A DNA stretch of 61,515 nt, filler included, from Sphacelaria rigidula (lineage: Eukaryota), in NCBI GenBank assembly GCA_964200075.2. It is 8 parts of 8 records of this genome, joined end to end, with 100 filler letters (N's around TTAATTAATTAA, not from the genome) between each part and the next. Parts side by side here need not be neighbours in the genome. Positions count along the whole stretch, not along the records: positions 7,704 to 15,305 come from CAXNAA020014144.1; positions 15,406 to 23,007 come from CAXNAA020014145.1; positions 23,108 to 30,709 come from CAXNAA020014146.1; 5 more parts are not named here. One strand, written 5' to 3'. Positions 12,582 through 23,911 of the stretch are shown here, one piece after another. The notes under the pieces are model-generated. The model saw only the letters and a program-made list of their open reading frames with translations. It ran no database searches and was not told the origin of the DNA. Every line of letters begins with the position of its first letter. Position 1 is the first letter of the stretch. The translations under genes and the position numbers were made by a program.

Positions 12582-14709
12582 CAGACAGGATGGCAGATTA
12601 TTGTCGTTGTCTTCACATACCATGCATTATTTTCAATATTTCGTGAGAGGGCTTGATCAATCACGCGGACCTACAGGCAGCAGATCGACCCAGTCCATAC
12701 ACAGCACAACGAAAAAAGCCTGGCTGGGTTAAACGAGTGGGGAAAAGCACGCCTCCTCAGGCTGATCCATCTCGCGGTTCACGTATCCACCTCTTGAAAG
12801 ATGTTTTGGTGGGACTGAAAATAGAGAAAATAAGATCGGGAGTGAGGAGCGGTCAATTCATGAATGAAATACTTCCAGTTCGAAATGCCCCTCCGTGGCT
12901 CACGCATACGATGTCCAGTACTCTTGCCGTAGTAGCTTGCCGCAAAAGCCCTCGATATCCCGGCGTAGGATATCGACGTGTAGCTGTAAGCACACGACAG
13001 TGTTACAGGCAAAGAGCACACACAAGATGAAACGTTGGCCAAGCACTAATAGACCGACAAATAACCAAATTCTCGATCTCACAAAAACATGGTTCTCTCC
13101 ATCAACCGTGGCCAAGAAGAAAGGTTTTGGGATCGTCACCGTGGACGTCCAGTAGTCGCACAAGAACCAACACACGAGATGCAGTGTGACATCCGTGTCG
13201 TAGAGTATCTCGAATGAACCCCGTCGTGCGCGGGTCAAGTTGGCATAGTGAAATAGGGTTACGACAGGATATATAAGTGTCCCTGTCCTTTTTCCCGTCG
13301 CCCTCTCTTGTCGACTCTTCCTCAGTATCATCCCCCCCCCCCCCCCCCCCTTTTCCTTTTTTCCTCTAATACTAGAGGAGTTCCCGGGGGGGGAAGCTGT
13401 GTAATTTTCTCCTCCCCCCCCCCCCCCCATATTTTCGTCTTCTAGTAGAGATAGCAAGGGTCTGCCGGGGGGAAAATTCTGGTCACTTTGCCCTCCCCCG
13501 CCCGTTCCCGTCCGGAAGGCAATCTTTCGAAAATTGTCATGATTTTTGTGCTTCTTTTTGTCAAGTATTCTCATTGAGAAATTGATCAAGAAACCATGAC
13601 AAAAACAGATAGGTCTGGTGGGGCTTTACGATCTCTATGTATTTGCTTCTGCTACTTGCTCGCTCTGACCCGATGGCTTCGAATGCTGGCCACGCTCACA
13701 TACATCTATACTCACGAGCGCACGGTGGCGCCAGCCCGTAGCCAAAGGAGCAACATCATCTCACGGCTTGCCAAGCTTGCCAAGGCTGCTGGTAGGTATA
13801 CTCGAGGCACTCGACACGGAACCTTATCCCATAAATGTAATGATGGTGAGTGATATACGTGGCGAACGTTGGCCCAAATCCGTCTGCCCCGCTTACTCGT
13901 GCGATCTGCGTACGCAGCAGCTGACCGCATCCGCCGACGCCTCGGCTATTAAATTAGGGGATAATAGGCTGCCCCCCCCCTGCCGTCTCTACTACCCCCC
14001 TTCTTCACGTGCTTAACAATTTTTTCACTCGGTTTGGAAACCGTCATGAGAATTTCGGAAACGTCCCTCTTGCCGTGTCAGGTTACAAGTTGGTTACATG
14101 ATTTCTATCCACCTACCCGATCACGGGTACTACCGTATCGGTTGGGGTCGGCCGACCGATCCGGATCCCCGTGGCAAGAGCTCTCTGTCGGTGCAATACG
14201 TGTTGGTTCGGGTCAAAGTGCCGGTTCGGAATACAGAAGGGCGAACACTCATCTTCTCACCGGTTGAGGCCCAACTTTGTCACACTGCGAGAAAATCATG
14301 CTCTGACTCGGGTTGTTGTTTGCATGACTCAGACTTGATAATGACTCAGGAGGATATCGAGCGCCACTTTCCCGTCCTGTTCAAGGATGCTTTCATGAGA
14401 GTTGTGCACGGTTCGGAGATGGGTCATATATATGTATATAAATATATATATATATATTACACACATATATGGGATCTCAAGAATTGCCGTCCGTTCACGA
14501 GGTGGTCGTCTGAGATCTTGCCTCGCGCTTGAAAAACATAGTGATGATAACCGAACGGAAACAAAAAGAGGATTACGACCGAACGACCATTTAGAGCGGA
14601 TGATGAGTATCGGGGCCCAATCGGTGTCGTGTCTTCCGCACGCGAAGCTCAAGGTAAAATGCGCCGCATACAAGAAGTGGCCCAGCTTGAGACCGGATCA
14701 GGGAAAACA

Positions 14710-14749
<40 letters not shown>

Positions 14750-16082
14750 TGATGTTTTGTCACTTGTATTGTGATACAATTCCAAGACGAGTCCGGCGTC
14801 TCCGCTCGACAGCCATGTTGCGCAAGTAGATATGCGGGTTATCGATTTTGCTTGCCGGAGTGGTCAAAAAGAAAAATCAGACGTGTCTCAGATTTGAGAT
14901 TCCCGATATATTTCACAGTAATTTACAATTAAATATCAGGGGCCTCGAGTTTGAGATATCTCTACTGCGAGGAAATGAAAAAAACCCGAACGTCGGGATA
15001 AAAAATGAGTACGCCCGTCGTGGTGCTGTAGAGCCGTCGTGGCATCTAGTTTCCCTTGGAAAAAACAATCACCCAATGGGCAGCTAAGAAACAAGGAGAA
15101 ACACGACTTGAACGTTTTGCCATGAAATGTAGTGAGCGTTTGTCGGTAAGGGGTTTTGACGACCACTACCCTTCTCGCCAGAGAACAAAAAACAGGACGC
15201 AACCCCCCCCCCCCCAAAATGAAAATAGTAAAAAAAAAACGAGCTCAAACACTTTCAAAAAAGAAACAACAAAAAAAACAAAAAACGACACGAAACCCAC
15301 ACACCNNNNNNNNNNNNNNNNNNNNNNNNNNNNNNNNNNNNNNNNNNNNTTAATTAATTAANNNNNNNNNNNNNNNNNNNNNNNNNNNNNNNNNNNNNNN
15401 NNNNNCAAAAAAGATCATAAAACGTGCCCTGTATTAACATGAAGAAGGTGCAGTGAAACGACACATACGTGGTTTACAGTTTCACCTGAACCGTAACAAA
15501 TAACATTCAAGTCGTGCCGCTTATGCTGTACAAGTCACTGTTACAAATACGCTCACATGCGCATGTATTTGCATGTGCATCAGATTTCCGTGAGCTACAA
15601 AAGAAGTGAGCAAACAAAAACAATTATGCGGTAACATTAAACCGCGAAATGTTTCATCATGTGACGATGTAGCAATCAACGATAACTTACAGATGCCAAA
15701 TATGTTTCCCGACTCTCTCTCCCCCCTCAAAAAGCACCCTTCCCAAAGGAAAGAAAAAATGACAAAGTAGGCAAGGACGGAAAGAACATCGCAAACCTAG
15801 AGGTCGTTGCACGCATTGCTCCTACAGCGCGTTTTCTGGACCTTGTATAATAAATGCAGGAGTCTGCACACTGTGGTTTTCGCATGCTCCTCTGGACCTT
15901 GAGACTGCACTCGAATAAAAATAAAAGCAATCAAAACAAATTTACCCAACGCAGGTAATTTTGCCGCGCGTTCTCTATATAATGTACGAGTGTTATAGGC
16001 ATATTACACCTACTTGGGTTCTTTCACTCAATCACATTTCTTAACCGAAATATTGAGCAAAATCAAGTTCCTCAAACTCCGC

Positions 16083-16220
16083 TGACGATGATGATCGAAA
16101 TTTAGGGTTGACGATGATGATCGAAGTTGAGCGTTGACGATGATCAAAGTTGAGCGTTGACGATGATGATCGAAGTTGAACGTTGACGATGATGATCGAG
16201 GTTGAGCGTTGACGATGATG
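16083..16220. repeat. ~26-bp tandem repeat (about 5 copies) in the copia 3' UTR
   Basis: Unit TTGACGATGATGATCGAAGTTGAGCG repeated with minor variation. Confidence 0.9.
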
Positions 16221-16249
16221 CTGGAGAAAAATATCCTGCCAGATTAGTA

Positions 16250-18760
16250 TCCGTTATCTCCCAAATTCGGTTATGGCCTTCAGCAGTCTCTGATGTACAA
16301 TTCTATCACAGCTTTTGGTGAGAAGATCCGCTAATTGTTCCGAAGATCGTACATAGTTTATCCTTAGTTGTCCGGCTCGAATCATATCTTTTAAATTGAG
16401 GAATCGTATCGCCAGGTGTTTCGAGCTGGTGCTGAAGTTAGCGTTTGAAGACAGATGAAGTGCGCCTTGTGAATCCGAGTAGATAGTCGCGGGCTCAATA
16501 GATGACCATCCAAGCTCTCGTATCGGATTGAAGAGATACGTTCCGAATTTGCCGCATTTCTAAAGGGAAATTTACTCGGCTTTTTTCGTTGAAGTGGCTG
16601 TTATACGTTGTAAGCTCGAAGTGAAATGAACTAGCCCGTTAGACAGAAACAACAACGTCCCCGTTGTTGATCGCATTTTCCCCTGAAGTCTGGCATTACT
16701 ATAGCTTTTGGTTCTCCTGTTGTTGGGTCGAACGTCTCGAAGCCAGGCGGTTGCCTCCGGAATACTGTTACCTGTAGCTTGCCGTTCAAGAAAGCAGTTT
16801 GTACGTCGAGGGTAAAATAGACCAACTTTTTGCAGTAGCAATTGCAAGTAACAGTCGCCGACTTTCCAACCGGCAAAATGGAGCGACCTGATCAACTCCG
16901 ACAGTGCCTATGTACTGACATATCATTTCCAGTGTTGATGAAGCATGCTGACCCGCAGAAGACATGACAGCTAGTCGCTTTAGCTCACTGGCTTGCCGTT
17001 TGTTAACGGATCCAGGAGGATGATGATCGGGACCACCGGCTGAACGCAACCTCCTTCGGGCGATAGGCGGCCCTGTAGTCGGTGAATTGTCCTCCGTGGT
17101 GCTGTCCTCTAGCTGAGCTGTACCATCGTAAATATTTATGTTGACGTTGTTGATGTCGTCGTGTTGTTCCTGATCAACTGCAGCTACGTCGGGTTCCTGG
17201 ATATCAAAAGTCGAAAACTCTTCATCACTGCAAGGAGCTCCTGATACTTGTTCGGTGAAAGTGACGTTTCTGGAGCTGGATATTTTTCCCGAGTAGCGGT
17301 TGTAAATGCGGTACGATGGGCTATCGGAATCATGCACTACTAGCACTCCTTCTCAAGCCTTGTCCTCTAACTTACTGTGATGACGCTCCCTGTGCACAAA
17401 CGCCCTCAAGCCGATTGTCCGCAAGGATGATAGCTTCGGTTGCTTGAGAGACATTCGAAAATATCGTGTATCGCCGCCGATGCTCGTGTGCGGTAGGCGA
17501 TTGATTAAAAAGACCGTAGTTGCAGCAATTTCTCCTAAAATAAATTTCGGCAAATTCGATTCGTTCAGGAGACAACGAGAAACGTTCAAGATGCTCCGCC
17601 CGTCTCTTTCACTGATGCCATTCTGCTGAGGAGTATATATACTGGTGAAGTCTTGGCGGATGCCCGTAGTCTTGCAGTACTTCTTATCCCTTCGACCGCG
17701 AGATTAGTCTTTCACGATCATGCATACTTTTGTCCACTTGAAATTGATGCCGATTCAACAGAAGACTAACATCGCGGCCGAAGGGTTCAAATAGTCCGCG
17801 ATGTATTCACCCCCACGGTCTGACCGCAGACGGTGTACACGGAATCCTACAGGAATAGCCAAATCTTGGATGAAGCTGCAGAGCGAAGTTAGGGTCCCAT
17901 CCTTCGTTTTGATGAAGTAGACTACCTTGAAAGGCGAGAAGTGATCCGTAAACTTTGCCATGTAACGGTAGCCGCCCTGCGCCATAGGCGTAATCGACCC
18001 TGTTAGGTCAGTGCTGACCAATTGCAGTCGTTCCGAAATGTTCGTGGAGTCTACGGTCTTTGGGTGATCCTGCTGTACACTTTTATCAAGCTTGCACGTT
18101 ACACAAGGTGACAATGATCTCTCAAAGTTCACACCTGGTTCAGGAATATTCAGTAGACGGCGCATGACCTTCTCCGTGGGATGTCCAAGTCGACTACGCC
18201 AAATGTCTGCTCCTTTCGTGGTAGTCAAAGCTGTCGGTTCTGCTCCCGCTGTGGCAGACATGGCTGCTGAAATTCCCGGCATATCGTGGTGAATGGCTTC
18301 TGCAACAACGGCTGACCCTATGCCCATAGATTCTCCTGATGTAATTGTAGCTGTAAATGCTGAGCTATTATTAATGTTACCTGGTTTCCGGGAAACTCTC
18401 TCGCTGATGACTGTAACGCTCCGTTGCTGTCATTGCTGATATGTCTATATGGGGCTCGTTTGAAAATATAGTCGAAGCGCCCTTCGCAAGAGCTTGCACA
18501 GAAGAGAACAGATGCTTCCCCAAACCTGGGACAATTACGGCTGGGAGCCGTACAGAAGATTGGTACCCCTCCGAGTCAATGACCACAGTGTTCAGAACTC
18601 CTTTTGCTGTATCATGTAGTAGATGGTGTCCCGCTGTTAAATAGTCATCGGTGGATCGAGTTTGACCAGCTCGACCTTTTCACGTTCGATATCGAGTAGC
18701 AACTGATCATCCAAAAAATGTCCAGTGCTGCCGATATCCACTGTCAACTGAAAGAAATTT
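16250..18760 (-). pseudogene. pol: Copia pol pseudogene (protease, pre-integrase, integrase, partial RT, RNase H)
   Basis: VDIGSTGHF (protease); IWRSRLGHP..CVTC; LVSTDLTG, RLRSDRGGEY and TPQQNGISER (integrase); LDVQTAFLNGKLQVTVFRRQPPGF (RT); SKHLAIRF and QLADLLTK (RNase H); multiple stops and frameshifts; RT YVDD core not seen. Confidence 0.9.
17688..17785. mobile_element. 98-bp MITE (piggyBac-like ends) inserted in the copia integrase
   Basis: 24-bp TIRs CCCTTCGACCGCGAGATTAGTCTT and AAGACTAACATCGCGGCCGAAGGG (3 mismatches); flanks TTAT and TTCA resemble a decayed TTAA duplication; splits integrase EYIADY|KKYCK. Confidence 0.8.
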
Positions 18761-19147
18761 AATCGGATGTATTAGTGACATGTGAGCCAGAAAGAAAAGT
18801 AAATCCCATACCGTTTGGTGGTGATGATGTATCTATCACTGTAGCAGCTGTTGATGAAGAAGTTTCCAGGCCGGTGTTGTTCGATGGTGCGGTTGTAGAA
18901 GCTGGATCGGTGACGGCTGTGTTGGCTTGGCGTTGATGTCCCTTGGAGTTGTTGCTGCCGATGTTGCTGTTGTTGTTGCTCCTACTGTTGTTGCTGCTGC
19001 TCTCACGGTTGTTATTTCGATGGCAGGGGTTTCTGCGATGATGATGCTTATTGTTGCTTCCAGCGTTATTGGCTGCATTCCCGCGGTTCTGTTGAGATCT
19101 ACACTCGGTATCGTCATGCTTGTCAGTGTGATGGAAACTGCACCATT

Positions 19148-20188
19148 TTACAGGCCTGCTCCCATTATTTGACTGCATTTGCGAGCGACAGCCTCTGGCC
19201 TGATGTCCTGGTTTCCCGCAAGTGCAGAAATTTCCACGGAATTTTGGGGTTGAGTCAAATATTTCGACAGTGATGTCATCAGCAGTGATGAATCGCGGCC
19301 ATGCAATTTCCCGGAGGTAAATCTCCGCGCCATGTGATTAGCATACATATTTCTCATTGTTATTTCGATGCTCTGAATACTGAGATCTGGATCACGCTCC
19401 GCATTGTACTTGATGAGGTCATACTCACTTGTTAAACCTTCGATCACTATGTCAGTCAGTCTTTCTTCGGAAATGGCCTCGCCAACGTTGTCCACTTCGT
19501 CCCGAAGCTGATACACTTTGCTCAAGAAAGTACCAGGGTCTTGCCCTGGTGACATAGTGACGCTGTTGAGTTTTCTCATCAAGATCCTGATTCTCTGCTT
19601 CGAAGAATTTTGATAATTCGAAATCAAAGCCTCCCATGCACGTTTGTCGTTTGGTATCTCTGAACCCTTTGGCTGGAAACGCAATAAATATCTCGCTGCA
19701 GGACCAGTTGTAGGCAGATACAAGACGTGGAACAATTGTTGATTGCATCGGCCCCAACCTTCTATCTCACGCGTGTTAGAAACTCGCTTCACATGTGACA
19801 CCACGCTTGGAGACAGAGATTCTCGTGAAAAATGATGGTCTTCTTCGATAGGTTCAGTCCCATCCACCGCTGCGATCGTCTCGTCTCCAGCGGTTGCCTC
19901 CACCGATGAGAAGTGCGGTCGAACGGACGACTGCTGGCGGGTGGTTTGAGAACGAGTTCTAGCAGGAGTAGGTCTTGTGGCAGCTGGTTGTGGAAGATCT
20001 ACCTCTGAAAAATCTTCTAATTCCGCGGGGCGTTCGACCCCGTTAAGGGCATCCGCAATCCCCGGATGCGTTGAAGAAATGGTAGCGCGCGTAGAGCGCA
20101 TCCACTCGACAAAGTTTGTACCGTCGAACTTGTTGATGCTCTTGATGAGCTGAGTTACAGATGGCTCTCCCGACATCATCTGCCTCAC
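19148..20188 (-). CDS. gag: Copia Gag (UBN2-like), frameshifted before the Zn knuckle
   Basis: 346-aa ORF with FDGTNFVEW and ISEERLTDIVIEGLTSEYD motifs; the knuckle remnant CTCGKPGHQARGC and KWCSFHHTDKHDDTEC continue in another frame. Confidence 0.8.
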   Translation of the reverse strand: MRQMMSGEPSVTQLIKSINKFDGTNFVEWMRSTRATISSTHPGIADALNGVERPAELEDFSEVDLPQPAATRPTPARTRSQTTRQQSSVRPHFSSVEATAGDETIAAVDGTEPIEEDHHFSRESLSPSVVSHVKRVSNTREIEGWGRCNQQLFHVLYLPTTGPAARYLLRFQPKGSEIPNDKRAWEALISNYQNSSKQRIRILMRKLNSVTMSPGQDPGTFLSKVYQLRDEVDNVGEAISEERLTDIVIEGLTSEYDLIKYNAERDPDLSIQSIEITMRNMYANHMARRFTSGKLHGRDSSLLMTSLSKYLTQPQNSVEISALAGNQDIRPEAVARKCSQIMGAGL

Positions 20189-20375
20189 GTTACTAGTAAT
20201 ACTATTCTCTTCACACCTGCAGATCTTTTGGAAAGATCAGGGTTCTTGGACTCTTGAATATCGCTGCTGTGGCGACCTTGATATGACACCTCCTCGCTCG
20301 TGCTGACCGATGTAGTCTTGACTCAAAGACTGATGACCTGAAGACCTAAGTGGTCGCGAACCGAGGCTGATAGCC

Positions 20376-20811
20376 CGTTGATTTATGTGGTAGCGAATCG
20401 AAGGCTCAAAACCTGTTTTAAATTATTCGCTGGCGCGGCACTGTCTCACTGGACACAAGCAGAGGCTTGCAGCGTAGCGGTAAAGCTACTTGCGAGGAGC
20501 CAGTGTAGTAAAATCAAAATAGTGTAGTTCGGCGCTTCTGGCCTAAAATATCAAACAGACTCTTTTGCAAGAGAGAGCTGTGGAAGCAAAACTGGGTTGC
20601 TGGGGAGAGTGAGAAGCGAGGGGCGAGCGAGCGCGAGCCTCAATACTTTCCACGCCCTGGACAAAAACCAATGCTGTACGTAAACAAAAAAGATCATAAA
20701 ACGTGCCCTGTATTAACATGAAGAAGGTGCAGTGAAACGACACATACGTGGTTTACAGTTTCACCTGAACCGTAACAAATAACATTCAAGTCGTGCCGCT
20801 TATGCTGTACA
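20376..20811 (-). repeat. 5' LTR of the copia element (possibly truncated at its 5' end)
   Basis: Bounded by the PBS-like motif at 20365-20375; its last 127 bp on the plus strand are identical to 15406-15532. Confidence 0.7.
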
Positions 20812-20871
20812 GTATCTTTTAGCGGCGATTTCAATCACACACAGAGAACTTAGACTGTCCTGTCTAAATAC

Positions 20872-21199
20872 CTCAAAAGCCGTGCGCTCCCTGGCGTAAA
20901 TTTATGACAAACGGCTTTCATATGGACCACCACATCCCTTTGGACCTCCCTGAAACTATTTCGGGGAGTTTCTAGCCTTCCGTTCCCCCAGAGGCTATGT
21001 GCGGAAGCACGACTTCGGGGTAAAAACACGTATTTTTCCCACCCCGAAATCGGGGCAAACGTATGCATTCCTACACACCCTTTGGGAACGGAAGGCTAAA
21101 TATCCCCCGGAATAGGTTTGGGGAGGTCGGGAGGAATGGGGTGGTTCGTATGAACGTCATTTGTCATGACTGTAGGTCAGGGAAAGCACGGCTTTTGAG
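20872..21199. mobile_element. ~330-bp foldback/MITE
   Basis: CTCAAAAGCCGTGC/GCACGGCTTTTGAG and TAGCCTTCCGTTCCC/GGGAACGGAAGGCTA; arms of about 130 bp. Confidence 0.75.
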
Positions 21200-21738
21200 T
21201 TGAACCTAACTTGCTTTTCAACCCCATTTTCGAGGATCCACTGTTAATCGAATATTGGTAAGCTATACGCTACGTTGTCAATCGGCTCCGAATTGTTTAC
21301 ACACTCTGTTTTATCTCGCAGCACGTCAGAGATCTGCGCCGTCGAGTACTCTGGCACGATCGTACTTGCACACGCATGACCTAGTTGAGCATGAGGGTGC
21401 ACAGCATGCCATGCATTTAGCTACCGCCACACTCACCAATCGCAATTGGCTCCGACCCCACGAATCACACATCGCCAAAGTCATTTTTCATGGCCTCCGT
21501 TACGCGAAACCTACTGCCAAATCGGCTTCCCATCACATCCTGCCAAAGAAACGCAACAGGTGTCCAACGAAAAGGCTCGAAATGAAAATGACCTGTCATT
21601 TCAAAATTCTGAGGAGCTAGCTTGGAAATCTGCCCAAGGTAGCCGTTGACCTTCCGCGGTAGGTATTTGTACTTCGAAGTATAACCCTAACATGTTCGCA
21701 CGCTTGGACACACGCATACACCACATCATCCCAAGCAG

Positions 21739-22003
21739 GTCGGGAGTGTGTCCGGACGACCAGGCGTCGTGCACCTTGGATGATGCCAACAACGTGGAGC
21801 GGATTGTTGTGGGCTCCAACGACATTACCGCCGGCACCTGGACCGCCACAGTATCGGCCGAGAACGGCCTCGTTGAGGGCGGCCCCCAAGCGTTCGCGCT
21901 GATCATCTCTTTTCCCTTCTCGTTATCGAGCGACGCTCCTACCCCTTCTGCTCCCACCGCTCCTCATCCTCCTGTTATGCTCCCCCCTATACCCGGCGAA
22001 TGA
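21739..22003 (+). CDS. Exon encoding the C-terminal beta-barrel of a subtilisin-like (S8, Kp-43/TagC-type) protease followed by a Pro-rich tail
   Basis: agcAG acceptor; DDANNVERIVV...AGTWTATVSAENGLVEGGPQAFALII resembles the D-x-x-NNVE...GPQ-x-FAL motif; 3' end uncertain. Confidence 0.65.
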
Positions 22004-23341
22004 GTGTGTGGTGCAGGGTCATCTGAGAAATTCGATGCAAACATTTCTGAGACGTAGGCCCGTACTTTGTAGACCCATGTGTGCGGGGCGTGATGTAGCG
22101 AACACGTTGAGGTATCACTGCGCATGTGTTTCTTCTGCTGTACGTGTTTCACTGATAAGTCACAAGTGACTTTGAATTATTTCAGTTTTCAGCTGAGAAA
22201 TTGTTCCATGTAAGTCGAGTTTCAATTTGGGTAATTTGGGGAGTGAGAATCTGCATAACATTGGTATTATTCCCCCGATATTTGCTCGTTTTTTCATGTT
22301 GTGCGAGTGCAAATTCATGTACATGAACGCGTGGAAGTACGACCCGTTTCACCTTGATTGACAGCTAGCAGTGAACTAGCAGCAAAAAAAGAAATACTCT
22401 TGGGTGCAGTGATGATTCATATTTTCTATTCTTGGGATACGTGTTTTTCTCTCGCGGTGATGAGTCGAAAGGGTGGAGTACAGAGTAGGCAGAGGAGTAA
22501 CCTTCGAAAGATCATGATTTTCTTGTTGGCTATTGTTTTTGTGTAAGGTAGTGCAGAGTAGGGAGGGAAGCATCCTCATTTTTCTTGTTTTTTTTTATCG
22601 TTCCGAACGTTACCGGGCGCATTACTCTCCATGACTGGGCGAGGAGCGATGTTCCATTTCAACATTCGAGTGTTACCCGACGGTGAATGCTTTGGACGGT
22701 ATTCAGTGTCATGTGTTCGATTGACATTGAGTGATTTCGTAGAAATTGTCGGAATTATGAAGAGAATTCCTCGCAACATATCGCGACGAGAGGTTTTGTT
22801 CCGTGACTTATCCATGGTGCGGTTTAGTGTGTTTTTCGGGGGCTATCAAACGGCTGTTGTTGTAACCGCCCGAGGGAGGGTGTTGATCTTCCTGTCGGTG
22901 ATAATGTATGATATCTTTCCCGGTTTTTTCAAGTATGAAATCGAAGTCATCCTACGATAGAGGGGGGGGGGGTGTACTCATGATCATGTATGCCATAGTC
23001 ATCAGACNNNNNNNNNNNNNNNNNNNNNNNNNNNNNNNNNNNNNNNNNNNNTTAATTAATTAANNNNNNNNNNNNNNNNNNNNNNNNNNNNNNNNNNNNN
23101 NNNNNNNCCGCGCCGGCTTTGTAGGGATGCGAGGTCAATGGTCTTATGACTATGGCATGCATGATCATGAGTACACCCCCCCTCTGTTTCCGCCGCATCG
23201 TTCTGATGGGGGTGATAGGGTCTCATTTGACATGTTGCTGAACATGCTGGAACCGAGAGACATGAGACTCCCCCCCCTCCCTCCTCGCCCCCCCTCCATT
23301 CCCTCATTACCCTTCACTCTACCCCTGTGCATGTTCCGCAG

Positions 23342-23911
23342 AAAGGCGCTGTCGCAACAATGAAGCGTGCGCTTCTCGCTGCGCCCGGGGCACTCATCCG
23401 TGACGACAATTTTGACCATCGTTCTGCTTGTGTCAAAGTCTGGGCGGCGACGGTGGCATTTACAACTGTTGTGACGGCCACTATAAGTGTCTTCAGAAAC
23501 CACGGTTGGGACCTAATCGTTTTGATATTGTGTGTGGGCTGTGGGCTCATATTTGTATTGTGCTCTGCGCGTATCTGCGGGTCGAATCCCGAGCGCGAGA
23601 GCTTTGCCGCGGTTGGGCGTATGTGCCGAAAGCTCGTCAACGGAGAAATAAAGCTCGACAGTGAAGGGAGGATGCCTGTCGTCCCCGTCGACCTGACGTT
23701 CAGGATGCGAGAGATGCGTGGTGACGTCGGATCGTTGTATATTACGTGGACGGAGCTCGCTACGATTCGGTTGATCCAGCTGCTCAAGTACGCTGATGTA
23801 AAGGCTACTGCTTACCTTACCACAAGCCTTGGACAGGCCTTGGTGGAAAAACTCGGTCCGGCTGAGGCAGCTGCCGGGACAGCTGCCGACGTCCAGGGAG
23901 GAGCTGTGTAG
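23342..23911 (+). CDS. Probable terminal exon of an unknown membrane protein (two hydrophobic helices)
   Basis: Pyrimidine tract plus ccgcAG acceptor; 189-codon open frame to TAG; VWAATVAFTTVVTATISVF and LIVLILCVGCGLIFVLC. Confidence 0.6.
   Translation, partial: KGAVATMKRALLAAPGALIRDDNFDHRSACVKVWAATVAFTTVVTATISVFRNHGWDLIVLILCVGCGLIFVLCSARICGSNPERESFAAVGRMCRKLVNGEIKLDSEGRMPVVPVDLTFRMREMRGDVGSLYITWTELATIRLIQLLKYADVKATAYLTTSLGQALVEKLGPAEAAAGTAADVQGGAV

Larger units (their letters stand above)
15406..20811 (-). mobile_element. Ty1/copia LTR retrotransposon, decayed and internally deleted
   Basis: Minus-strand order gag-protease-integrase-RT-RNaseH; identical 127-bp LTR block at 15406-15532 and 20685-20811; polypurine tract GAGGGGGGAGAGAGAG at 15713-15728(-); PBS-like GGCTATCAGCC at 20365-20375(-). 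Confidence 0.93.
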
